From: Paraspadella gotoi
Lineage: Eukaryota > Animalia > Chaetognatha
Reading direction: 5' to 3'
Length of the DNA: 64,000 nt
NCBI GenBank assembly: GCA_051294375.1
Contig: CM119265.1
Location: 10,864,338-10,928,337 of the forward strand
This document shows, one piece after another, positions 39,854 to 52,200 of the stretch; the stretch's first letter is position 1; every line of letters starts with the position of its first letter. Made by a program: the position numbers and the translations under genes. The notes below the pieces were generated by a model that did no database searches, was not told the DNA's origin, and saw nothing but the letters and a program-made list of their open reading frames with translations.

Positions 39854-40334
39854 TTATCTCTTCGTTGTTTTTTTCTTTTCCAAATTGGCTTTACGATTTC
39901 GCTCCAATTCCGCCTTTAGGCATCTGTCCATCGCAAATTTGACGTCATTGCAGACTCCTATTTTGGGGGAGGGGTAATTGGGTACTCAAGAGTTACCTAA
40001 AGCATACAACCTGGATTGAGGAGGGAATCTGGTTGTGACCAAATTTAAGTCAATATAGCTAACTTTTTCAATCGGTAACAAAATGACACTAGCAAATTTA
40101 AGATTAAAAGAGAGTAAAAACATCGTATATTTTTATAGTTTATCATTCATATAATTACATCGAAAACTAATCACTGACTGACCATTAACCAAAGGATGGC
40201 AAGGCAGAGCAAGGCATTGCCTTACCGGTAAATTTGAGAAAGGGATTGCTTTCGTGACACTCTTGGTACTCACGAATCAAACGGTTGCACTCTTCAGTGT
40301 GACGATAAGGACTTTTGTCCGCTTGAGACGCCAT
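39854..40334 (-). CDS. CMC2: COX assembly mitochondrial protein 2 (twin Cx9C), 2 exons (missed by the ORF track)
   Basis: Manual translation: MASQADKSPYRHTEECNRLIREYQECHESNPFLKFTG|VCNDVKFAMDRCLKAELERNRKANLEKKKTTKR*. Confidence 0.88.
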
Positions 40335-40655
40335 TGATACATGTCTTTTCTGAACGTCAAAGTTAATAAATCTTTATTCATTAGCTGAAATTAAAAAAAA
40401 ATTCAATAAACAATAAACTGATCGTCACGAGCACGACAAATTTATTTGCAATCTCGTCGCATGCTCTCGTAAAATGTCGTAAGTCGTGTTGGCGGCGAAA
40501 AACCGAAAAAAAATGGGTGAGTTTATGTATCGAGGGTGAGATCCGAATTAGAAATGTGACTCGAACAGCAAAGTTATCTGGAATGACGATCGAATGAATG
40601 ATCCGGCTAATATCACTGCGGATCGCTTTCGGTACAGGGATATGAAGTCGGTCGA

Positions 40656-43600
40656 TCACTCGGTGGCGCTCTCCCCATCGACGAGGGTCCCGTTAACAGA
40701 GTCAATCACTTCCTCTGTTTTGTTATTTTCTCCGACTTTTTCCTTCTCTTCTTTTTTATCTTCGTCCTTTTCAATTTGTCCGTTCGCCTCTTCACCCTTC
40801 GCCTTCTTTTTCCAAAATTGATCTTTAATCTTCGTGAGGATTTTCTTCATCGTCCCGTCGGATTCTTCGTCGAGAGCGACGCGGACGAAGCTTCGAGTCG
40901 CCTGGGCCAACGGAAGGGATCGATTAATTCTATAAAGTGAAGGGAGCCTTAATCGACCATAGCCAGTAGGGTGGAGTGATGAAAAGATTGAGCGATGGAA
41001 CAATGTTTTTTTGCTGCCTTTGTATGTAATAAAAAATAATTAAGCTCTTTATCAAAAAAAAATTGCATAACAGTAACATTAATTGAATTTTTTTATAGTA
41101 ATATCCTTATAAAATCATAAAATTTCAAAATCATATTTTTTTAATTTTAAATTCGCCGGAAAAAACTGAAAAACTTTTTTAAAATATGTTACATAATATT
41201 TTTATAGCTATATATATAGATGCAAAAAATGACCAAAACGTTTCATCATATAATAGTTTCGACTAAAAAGAGTAAAAAAGTAAAAAAAAATTGACTTTTT
41301 TCCTATTTTTGACGCGGAAGACATTGAAACTTTTAATAACATATTTTATATTTATGATCTAACTTTTTATGTAGAATCAGAATCTTTAATAAACATTTTT
41401 TTAACAATTTTTTTGAAAATTTATGATTTAATAAGGATATTACTAGGGATATTACTAGATATTACTAGTCTGGTGATTTTTTATTTTTATTTAAAAAAAA
41501 TTTTTTCACATGCTGTCATATAGCAGACATCGTTAGCTTTCATATGATACCTATAATGATGCATTAAAATTATTTTATGATAGCAATATGACATAAGAAA
41601 AAAAATTGTGATAATTTTTTTCTGCCAGGCCTCGTAGACACAGCTAAATCTTAAAATTTAAAAATCTGAAAATACAGTCTTTTAGCCCTATGTCAGTAGT
41701 TTTTAAATCAGGGGGAACAAAGTTTGAACTCCTAAATTATCATATTTAAATCATATGTTTTTTAAGGTTCCTACATGAATTTTTTAAATTTTTTTGTTTT
41801 CAAATAAATGATAATCATTATGTGTTTAATTTAATTTCAAAAGTTGTTATACTTTTGACTAAGATTCCGATCAAGATTTTTAAAAAAATCCTTTGAAACA
41901 TTTTAAAAAAATTATATGGAAAAGATGCCCCATAATTATGGATTTAATATGATACTATGGTGGACTAAAATCCACCAACCGTTCATCAGCGGCCATTGGT
42001 GCCGGAGGCAAGTTATTCGCCTCCCAACCCAAAGGTCCGGGGTTCTAGCCCGGTGGCCGCCTAGCAGTTAAGAGGGACGGGGCGCTTAACCCGCCTGTAA
42101 CATGGTGTTACAGCCTGATCCGAAGCTCAGGGACTGCTTATATTGAACGGTTCTGTCATTAACACTTATCAATAATTACTGTCTCTTCAATACCAGTCTC
42201 ATCGTTCTATCATTTTTGGTTCAAAAGATATCAAAGAAAATCAATTTTTTATTACCAATTTATGGTTCCGTATGGAACCGGGATTCTTCATGGTTCGTCC
42301 CCACCAACAAGTGAGCATCTGCTCTGCAAACGCGACATCTCCCGAGAGAAAAACGAAGAGGAATCCTCCTCTTCCCCGCCTTCTCTTCCCCCTCCTGTAC
42401 GCTACCTCAGTACGCCGTCACGAGACAGAATCACTCATAACCAAGCAAACCAAGAGGGGGGAATCCCGCGAAGACTTCCGGTGAAGCGCCACGCCCACTT
42501 GACCGGACGTCGTGGGGATGAGAAACCGCAAAAAACCAGTCCATGGACGAAAACCGGGTCTGGAGAAACTGACGGCCGGACGAGGCAACGGCCGAAAGAG
42601 CTGTCAGGCGTCCCTGGAGCCTCGCCCCTATGCTTGAGAGGCGGCAAAGACTTGCAAGGCCAGTAGGGACGGCGAGCAGGAATACGCGGACTGCCACGCC
42701 CACGCTTGCGGCTAGCAGAACAGGCGCAATTGTGTGGTGCCCCGGAGCGGAGAAGCGAAGAATGGAATGCTTGAGTGATGTCTGAGTGATGTCTGAGTGA
42801 TGTCCAAAAAGGAATGCCGTGGAGGGCGGAGAACTGGACAGAACTGTCTGAGATCCGAAGGGGCAGAGTCGACAACTAAGCGCCAAGACTCGAAAGGGCC
42901 AAACCAAAAATCGCCGCCAAACCCGACGAGGCGTCTCCAAGGGGCTTGGCAAGATCGTCATGGTGGCCTGCGTCCACTGCACCGGGCCCCTCCGAGCGAA
43001 GGGCCTGTGGCGAATTCACAGGCCTCAACTATGAGGCGAAGAGCGTCAGCGACAGAAAGGACAGCATGAGCGGATGCTCCGGCGTCTCTCATGATGCGCT
43101 CAAAAGCCTTGAAAGTGCGCGTCGTCTTGGAGTCCTTCCGAACGGCGTCGAACTGAGCGGCAAGGCAACTCTTGAGCAGGAGGACGAAATTCCGCCGGCG
43201 AAGAGACATCTGACCAGCGCCTGAAACGCGTGTTGGCGGAAAACACGTCCCACAACGGTAAAAGAACGTCATCCTGGCCAACTCTGCGCAAGTCCCTCCA
43301 CTGCTGCAAAACCCACTCCGAAGGCTGCACAGAAGCACGACGAGACAGGAAGTTGTCAAACCCCTCAACAGACTCTTCAGAGGAGGAACCCTTCTCTGAT
43401 CCGGAAACGGAGGCATCATTGTCGACTCGCGCAGGTGGGGCTCGAGGGAGGTAGGCGTGACACTCACCCTCGGAGCGTGAAGGCCGATCCGCCGCCGAAG
43501 AGGCCGCCAAAGAAAGCAAAGATTCCAAGTCGCTGGCATACAAACGAAGACCGACGAAGAACAGCGAATGGCAAACGGGGGCGTCCAAGAACCATGAAGA

Positions 43601-46600
43601 AAACGTACATGGAAAAAAAAAGAGAAATCATTGAAAAATGACAGTCTCAAAAAGAACCCCCCAAAAAAAACACCCCACCAAACAAGAACAAGCGAGCCTG
43701 AGCCGCCCTCCACCACCGGTGGTGCCAGGGGTGGACGGTGGGTGGTTGTTGGTGGGGAAGAACCATGAAGAATTTCGGTTCCATTCGGAACCATAAATTC
43801 TATCATGTAGTTCTTCCCAACCAACAAGTGAGCCTGTAACAAGACCAGGCGAAGGCCCGACAAAAACAAACAAAGTTGAGTTAGGTGGGGCACAGGAGGA
43901 AAACCCCTCTGTACGCCGAATGTACGCCAAAGAAGGCGAAAAACCAAAAAAGAAAAAAGAGAAACTCACCGCCGAAGGCTCTCCAACTCGGAACGAGACG
44001 AGCAGAGAAACTCCTTAAATTTGCGACGAACGCTAGAGAAAGCGTTGCTAATTTTGAGAAGAACTGCCTCCATCTGAGAAGGCATGGCCTCGGCCTGACC
44101 AGAACAGCCCGGAATGGCTGGCGATGGAGGCGGCGGCGGAAGAGACATGAGGGTAGACGAGTTGAAAAACACACGCCTCAGTCCAAAAAGCGGCGGAAGA
44201 GACATGAGGGTAGACGAGTTGAAAAACACGCCTCAGTCCAAAAAATAGAGCGTACCGGACAAACAAGGGGGCCGAAAACAAAGTTCTTCCCCCCTGCAGC
44301 CGTACTGTGAGCACTGGGCAAACAAGGGGGCCGAAGCAAGGTTCTTCCCCCCACAGCCGCGCAGGGTGCATCGAGGGCAAGCAAGAGGGCCGAATCAAGG
44401 TTCTTCCCTCCGAAGCCACGCACAACGAAGACGGAGAAAAAAAGGCGGCCGTGAAGAGAGAACTTCAAACAGCCACGTGTCGAAGAATATCTGTATTCTG
44501 AACTCCAAAAAAGAGAAACGAAAAATATGCAGAATTATTCAACAAAAATAATCAAAAAAATATTTTCGAAAAAAACCGGGAGACTGAGCGCAAAAGCGCG
44601 AACAAAAGAAGTGATTCTGTCTCGTGACGGCGTACTGAGGTAGCGTACGGGAGGGGGAAGAGAAGGCGGGGAAGAGGAGGATTCCGCTTCGTTTTTCTCT
44701 CGGGAGATGTCGCGTTTGCAGAGCAGATGCTCACTTGTTGGTGAGGAAGAACTACATGATAGAATTGACACGGCCAAAGCTAAAAATTTAAGTGGAACCA
44801 AACCAAACAACTTGCTTTCAAGGCATATCGCGTCTATGCGCGTCTACGTAGGTCAATTTTAAAAACAGATTTGGAATCCTCAAACGCATATTTACTAGTA
44901 ACCTGACGACATCAAGTGACGGAAGTTTTGTTCTCTTATTATATCAAAAAGAAAAATTAATTCTAATATTTTTAGTTAATATCTATCAATTTCAATGAAA
45001 AAAAGGAACTAGTTATATTGCATGTGATTGAACAATGTTTTCGCAATAATAATTTTATCAATTTTATGTATTTTGTAAGTATTTTAAGTATTTTTATTCA
45101 TTGAGTAAAATAACAACTTTTTTATTCGCTAATTTTTATCTCGGACGCTTAACACCAGACTTCCCTACTACTCAATTTATACATTTTGAAGTATACTTTT
45201 AATGGACAAAACATTTCTTATACCCAAATAATTAATTTTTTAATATTTATTTATAAATAGGAAAGGCCAAAATTTTTTTAATAATTTTTAAATTTTAAGA
45301 CCAGATTCAGATAGCTCATAAAAAGTTGTCTGCACAAAGAATAATTCTTTTTTAAATATTTTCATGATAAGTGAGTCAAAAATAAGAAAAACCGTAAAAA
45401 ATCATCAGCATCATCTATCGATGATTTTATCAGTTTTTTTATATTTTCACATAGAAAACGTAAGAATTTTTAAAAGCTGTAATTATATTTCTTGTTTAAC
45501 TTTTTATGCTGTATCATAATCCACCCAAAAAATTTAAAATTTCAAAAATTTTTTTTTATAATGTAAAAAAGACAAGTAATATTTAATGTATTAATCAAGA
45601 CGTATAATGTACATTTTTTTTGAAAATGAATGCTTAAATATTTAGTCAAGACAACTAAAAATACTTTGCTAATAGTCGAAATTTTATATTATCTCTGGAG
45701 TTGGTCCCTAATATTACTAGGATACTGTTCCCCAAACAATATAAGCAAAATATTTTTTGTACTCCTTAATCGTACTATCTCACGTCTAAATATCTTTGTT
45801 CACTCAAATAAAATTTATGTTAGCAAGTGCTCCACTCTAATAGCCAGTCATTGTCAAAACTGTCCATATTCAGCTTATTTATTGAATAAGCGGATGACCA
45901 TTGACCAATTAACAAAAAAAAAAAACGTTTCAAAAACCTGATTGTGAATTGTCCCGAATGCTATGGCCACGGCGGTGCTGACGAGGCAAATGACGTTGTA
46001 GGGCATGGAAAAGTCGGGCGTAGGCATGGTGACGAGGAGAGGGTCCGCGTAAATGCGGACCGGGAAAGACTTGGCGCCGTCGTCGAACACGGTCGACAGG
46101 ACCGAACTGGAGGAAGTCACGGACGGCGCCGGAATTTGGGCGCCGGAAAATAAGACGGCGGTGATGACGGACGACGCCACGTAGAATCCGTGGTTGGCGT
46201 CAGGCGGGTACGCCGTCCACTTGAGAAACGCCCTAGGAAAAAAAATACTCATCGGCCAAGGGAGTTTTAAAAAAATTATAAATAAAGATCGAACTCACTT
46301 TTCAAACTCGTAGGTGATTCTGACCGAAGATCGAGAGGGAATCGTGAAGGCTAATTCCATCAGTGTCGACCTCTCGTTGTCTTTCGACGGAAGATAATGA
46401 AGATACAAGGGGGCGATCGGTTTCGTGGCTGACTGAGATTCTGCGGCAGAAAATGGAGGAATTAAGAGAACTACAGCCAACTACTACCAAATCAAAATTA
46501 CAAATCCCGCACACACCTTTAGCGAGGAGCCAGAGCTGCAGGGTGTGATAAAACGTCCTGAGGTACCAAGGAACAGTCTCCATCAGCAGGACGGTTGCGT

Positions 46601-48368
46601 CGCGATCGGCGTTGTTATGGACGACGACGGCGACGCCGCCGCGATGCTGCCCCGTGCCGATCACGTGGCGAGAGGCGTGGAGATCGGGAGTCTGTGAGAA
46701 GGGAAGTAAAATTAGTTATAACAAATTCCTTTACAGATTTACTCAACGATTTTCGTGCCGGAAACATATTCACCCCGATGGACGACACCGACTCCTTGGC
46801 CGACGCGGGTTTGGCTTTAGCCGACGATTTAGTCGTCTTGCAGGCGACGTTGAGCACGGCTTTGGACCCTTTGTCGTCGCCGACAAAATCGCGGAGATCG
46901 TAGACGAGAATCTCCCGCTTAGCGCCGCCACGAGTCACGAATCGCGTAGAGGACGGCGGAGGCGTGACTTGCATCGATCGCTTGGCTCCGTCTGAGTGTT
47001 GATGCGGTAATGGAAGATACAGAAATAAAAGAAAAAGCTTGTCGATCACTTTGGCCGAGACTTACGCAGGTTTTTAGTTCCGTTGGACGTGACCTCGACC
47101 ATAACACTGCTCGTTTTAGCGAGAGGACAGCGAGATGTGAGAAGCTTGCCGAAGAGCCGCTTCATGGACCAATCGTGTAGAAAGCCTGTAATAAAGTCAA
47201 AAATATATCATAGATATTAAATATGCCCGATTGTAAACGAAGAATGAACCAACCAATCACATTCTTATCTTACAACGTTACCACTTAGCCACTCACTTTG
47301 TACGAAAGGATCGTAGACGACTGATAGCGACTGGGTCAACTCGAGACTGGACTCGGCGCATCCTTCATCCCGACAAACGGGGCGGAGATGGATCGATAGT
47401 GAGTGAAATGCGGAATCGAAGAGGCGTTTGGCGTCGTTGAGAAGAGTCGCGAGGCCGGCTTTGGATTCGCACGGAAGGAGCTTCTTCCAAGGAGTCAGGT
47501 TTTCTTGGTGGAGAAAGAAATCATCGGTTGAGATTCGAACTCATCCCGCGAGACTCGACCGTGTGGCTTACCCGTGCAAACGACTTCCCTCGGCAGCGCC
47601 CCGTATCTGACGAAAGTAGAGTTCAACCCTTCGCCCTCGAAAACTGCACCCGTTGGTCGGAAGGAGAGAACGGGGCTGACCGTCGCCGTCTTGTCAAGAA
47701 AGTTGAGGCTGGAGCAGCTGAGGCCGGAGAGAGCGTTGACCAGCCGCTTCCAGGTTTCGTCGACGGCGGCGGCGCCCAGGGAAGGATGAAACCACGCCCA
47801 TAGCTCGACGCCCGGCGGCGCCGGCGAAAGAGGGTAGCCCCAGTCCCGCGTTTTCCACAGGCCCATAGTGAGGGTCAGGTGAAGCTCCTGGTTAAGGAAC
47901 GGGTGAGTTTAACTTCTTTTTATGGGACAATGATTTAGGGCGTTATCCAGTCCCCTCCACGACTTTCACCTGAACTTTGTGATGAGCGACGATTTCTCCC
48001 AGAGCCTTCGGAAACAGATGATAGTGTTTGAAGTAAGAGTTATCGTACTCGCCCTGATATGAGAAAGGGTAAGGTTCAAACTGGGTCCGAGAAAAAGCAT
48101 CATTTGCGCCCTTACTTTGACTCCGTGAACCGGAACGTGCCAAGCGGTTGTAAATTGAAAGTGGGCGTGGAGATGGCCGGAGGGTAGCGGACGGAGCAGG
48201 AGCTCCTCGTGGAAGTCATCGTCACCGAACACGAGACCTTAGAGGTCAAGGGCAAATTCAATGTGAACTAACCGGACTAAATCGAGGTTTAATTGACGTT
48301 ATTTACCCACCTGTCAAAAGAAGGTAAGCGACGAGAACGAAAAGTGGCCAAGCCGAAACTTTCTCCAT
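40656..48368 (-). CDS. PIGT: GPI transamidase component PIG-T, multi-exon; the last intron (~40902-45937) is packed with TEs
   Basis: Signal peptide MEKVSAWPLFVLVAYLLLT; DDFHEELLLRPLPSGHLHAHFQFTT; HYHLFPKALGE; APPGVELWAWF; LVNALSGLSCSSLNF; YGALPREVVCT|ENLTPWKKLLPC; FLKWTAYPPDANHGFYV; MPTPDFSMPYNVICLVSTAVAIAFG. Confidence 0.95.
41956..42189 (+). mobile_element. Solo LTR-like repeat (family 2) with tRNA-Gly-like head and twister fold
   Basis: TATGG...TTCA with 4-bp TSD ATAC. tRNA-like segment 41989-42060 has a GCGGCCA/TGGCCGC acceptor stem, A box TGGTGCCGGAGG and B box GGTTCTAGCC. Confidence 0.75.
42063..42138 (+). ncRNA. Type-P5 twister ribozyme candidate
   Basis: Same core as 5676-5749; P5 is AGCAGUU/GACUGCU; predicted cleavage between U42087 and A42088. 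Confidence 0.75.
42257..44766. mobile_element. Non-autonomous DIRS-like (tyrosine-recombinase class) retroelement with ITRs and an internal complementary region
   Basis: ITRs at ~42302-42435 and 44610-44743 with unique outer ends. 43746-43833 is the reverse complement of the left end followed by the reverse complement of the right end, joined at AATT. Both termini end in AATT. No RT or recombinase motifs seen. Confidence 0.85.
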
Positions 48369-49213
48369 TTTCTCAGCCGATCGACGCCGCTCTTAGTTTA
48401 TCGTCACGTGATCGTCATTTCCGACTAAAAAAAACAGTACTCCTGGTCTCTGTTGTCTCGCTCCCTATTCCACTCTCGTTCTTTCTCTCTCTCTCTCTCT
48501 AAAAAAAACAGTGGATCCGCAAATCGAGAAATTTGATTCGAAGAAAAAGGTGGGTTAAATGTAGAAAAACGATAAGGAAATATATTTAAAATTGATATAT
48601 TATGATTAAAGATTGAATCTAACAGCGGAAAATGAATCGTTTTTAAAAAAAATGAACAGAAATGAAATAGTAGATTATACCGACCATTCACCCCAAAAAA
48701 ATAAAAAAGCTTTTAACAACCAGAAAAAACCACAGATTGTTTTCAAAGACAGCCAAAAAAAAGGTCGATTGCATTCCATAATTATTACTATCAAACAAAA
48801 TATATAGACAAGTAAACAAAGGACCCGTCTCGAGGTCGAGGCGAAATCAAACAACCGCTAAGACGGGACACAACCCCCCACTCTTTCTTTATCGGTAAGG
48901 GGAGAAAACCGAGGATCCGATTTAGGGCGGGGACGGCGAGGGGGAGGGCAAGTAAGTGGAAGCTGACCAAATGCACATCGCGAGCTTTATTTTATTTTAT
49001 TTGAAGCAATATATATTTTAGTAATAAACTAAGCGTGTTTTCGAATATCACAGGCCGGACGCTACCCAAAACGGACATCTGGGGGAAAAAATACGGGACG
49101 TGAATTTGGTCGAGTTTATTTTCGTGAAATCGCAGTTTGTCTCCCATCGAAAGACGGAGATGATAATTGGAACAAAAAGTTGATCCAATTCTTCCTTTCT
49201 AAAATTTTTTTCA

Positions 49214-52200
49214 TCATGTCATGGTGCCGAAAACGGGGTTATGTCTGCAAATACTCGCTCCGTATTCGTCGTAGTCGGCTTTAGTATGGCAAACCTGGTA
49301 TGGGAAAATTAATAAATAATCACGGCCGTTGTTTAAAGAGATCAAAGAATATCAAAATATAAAATATCAGAAACACCATTCAAATTACTTGGTAAAACTC
49401 GGGAGTAGACGCCAACATAGAGCCTCCGAACCAGACGGCGTAGCGCTGCATCTGATGGGTGATGACCTGCACATCGATGGGTTTCGGTTTGATGCGACCT
49501 TCGCTCAAATCCTCGTGGATCTTCAATCGGGCATCCACGGTCCTCTTGATGTCTCGCTGTAACTTCCGCCCGAAATCGCGGAACATAGTTGAGCCGCCTG
49601 AAAAAAGAGGGTCGGGTATTAGCCGAGAGGAACTCCTAAACAAGTCAACAGTAAACGCTCTTCACTCCTCCCCTCCAACCACACACCCGAGAGGACGATG
49701 TTCTTATAAAGCGGGCGCCGGACGTCGATGGGGCAATTCTGAATGACGTCGTCGACGATCTCAGAGATTGGAGTCGTGAAGTCGCCGTTGCTGAACTCGG
49801 GATGGAAGAAGATCTCCGGACCCAGGAAACGCTCGTAGCCGACGTCGACGGAGAAAGGCTGTTTCGTGATGGAGTTCAAAGCATCGTACCTGAAAACGCG
49901 AGCGTAGCGGGTTAAGTTAACTTGTAAGAGAAAGCAAAATATCAAACTAAAGATTTTGTACTTTTTAATCCACTTGGCCGGATCTGTGTCGTATTTGTTA
50001 AACTCCTTTACCATGTCGGGGCAGACGTAACAGAATCGTTCCTTGATCGCCTTCGCCGTCTCCAGGGATTGCTCCGGTGGGATCCCCACCTTTCACAACA
50101 AACCAAATTTCCGCAATTAACCAACACGGATGAAGCAACTATAAGGAAGTCTTTCCTCTATAGGGTACCTATGCTTATGACTTTACTTCCCTTAAGCTTG
50201 CTATATCAGGGTTGGCATTAAAAAACCCACCCAAAAAAAACCAAAACAAGTTTGAGCAAACAATGTCGGATCTGCCTACGAAAATTAATAAATTAATTAA
50301 TCTATTAATTAATTAATTAATTTTAGTATTCAATAATTAATTATAAATTTATATACAGCTTATCATCATCGATGTCCTTAAAATAAAGTAAATGTGACTT
50401 ATATTTTTTCCATTCAAACTCATTTCCACTGGCACAATTCCGTCAAAACTTTATATCTAGCTTCTTCACAAACTTTCCTTCCCGCTCACAAAATTTCATC
50501 TCAATCTATTATGGGTTAAAATAAGCAAAAAGAGTCAAGTAAATGTGACTCATATTTTTTTCATTTAAACTCATTTCCACTCGTACCGAAACTTTATATC
50601 AATCTTCGTCACACATTTTCCTACCCACACACAAAATTTGAACTCAATCTATCCATCCAATTATGATTAATTAGAGTATATTTATTGGTTAAAATAAGTA
50701 AAAAGATTTTAGTAAATGCAACTTATGTTTTTTACATTTAAACTCATATCCACTCACACGATTCCGTCGAAACTTTTATCCAGCTTCATCATACATGTTC
50801 CTACCCATACACAAAATTTCATTCCGATCCAACCAGCCAATCACGAGTTATTGGGGCTTTTTGCTAAGGTGGGACGGATGGACGGATTGATTGACTGATT
50901 AATTATTGATTAATTAATTGACTAATTGATTAATTAACTGATTAATTATTTGATTTATTAATACATCCTGCATATACGTTTAATATATAAGGAAAAAAAA
51001 TCATAATCAATTAGTGAAACAGGTTTTTTGTTTTTTCCATTTAAACTCATTTCCACTCAAACGATTCCATCGAAACTTGGTTTCCTGTTCAATCACACAC
51101 TTTCCTACTCACATACAAAATTCCAGGTCAATCGCCCCATCCACTCATGAGCAATTGGTGTTCAAATAGTGAATTATATTTTGTTTTTTCCATTTAAACT
51201 CATTTCCACTTGGACGATTCCATCGAAACTTTATAACCAGCTCAATCACACACTTCCCTACCCACACACAAAATTTCATTCAAATCCATCCATCCAATCA
51301 CAAGTAATTTTTTGTGTATGTTTTTTGCTAAGGTGGGACGAATGGACGGACATCATTTTTTTTGCATAATTTATCATAATTCGATGATCTGACATGATAT
51401 AAGTTAGTGCCCGACAATATTGAGGGGGCGGACCGACGGACCGACAAAGTGAATTATAGAGTCGGGATCTGCTGATAAGCAGATCCGACTAAAAACCCAG
51501 CTAAAAAAACCCAAAAAAACCCACTTTTTAGTGGGTTTTTTTGGGTTTTTTAAAATTACTTAATTTTTTAATATGAAACATTAAATTGTTGAAGCAAAAA
51601 TTTAAATTATATAAGATATGTAAAACATAGGTTTAGGGTAATTTTTTATCATTAAATTATATATTAAGCTTTGTAAAAATGATATGTTTAATATCAGTAT
51701 CACTTTCGTTGCTGGCTTCTGTACCATTTTCCTTATATTAAGTAATCCTAATCATGAATCGCAAATTATGTAAAGAGCGACAAAATAAAAATGATTGCTA
51801 TTCTCTCGTTATTATTTAACACAAGGTTAGGGTTCTTTTAAAGCTATTTATCAGAAAAAATTAAACTTCAATATAATTATATATTTGACTATTTGTCTGA
51901 AAAGGTATCCTAACCAGGAGTAAAGTAACGAGAATGCGGGAAAATAACACATTGACGTCAGGAAAAAATGTTAGCCTTATTAAACACCTTAATATTTTAT
52001 TAAATTAGCTCAAATATTTTATCCAAATATCAAAATTTTTTTTTAGCCCAAAAGACAAGTTAATTCGGCAAAAACATGTACTAAAGATGTACTTCAATTT
52101 TCAATGTATTAGTAATTTATATAAATGTTTATGATGCATATTTATATCAAATTATTTTGAGTATTTAATTACTATTTTCTAATAAAATTAAGTTTATACA

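Larger units (their letters stand above)
40969..45837. mobile_element. Second copy of the TA-flanked MITE, hosting a solo LTR, a DIRS-like element and other repeats
   Basis: Both ends align with 17597-19362. Confidence 0.7.

Noticed and set aside
41989-42060. Functional tRNA-Gly gene
   Set aside because: The anticodon stem does not pair properly, no T-run terminator follows, and it is embedded in a dispersed repeat with TSDs. Treated as a tRNA-derived promoter.
42958-43947. 329-aa minus-strand ORF as a host gene nested in the PIGT intron
   Set aside because: It runs through the ICR and low-complexity tracts of the DIRS-like element, has no recognisable domain, and the coding-like frame switches.
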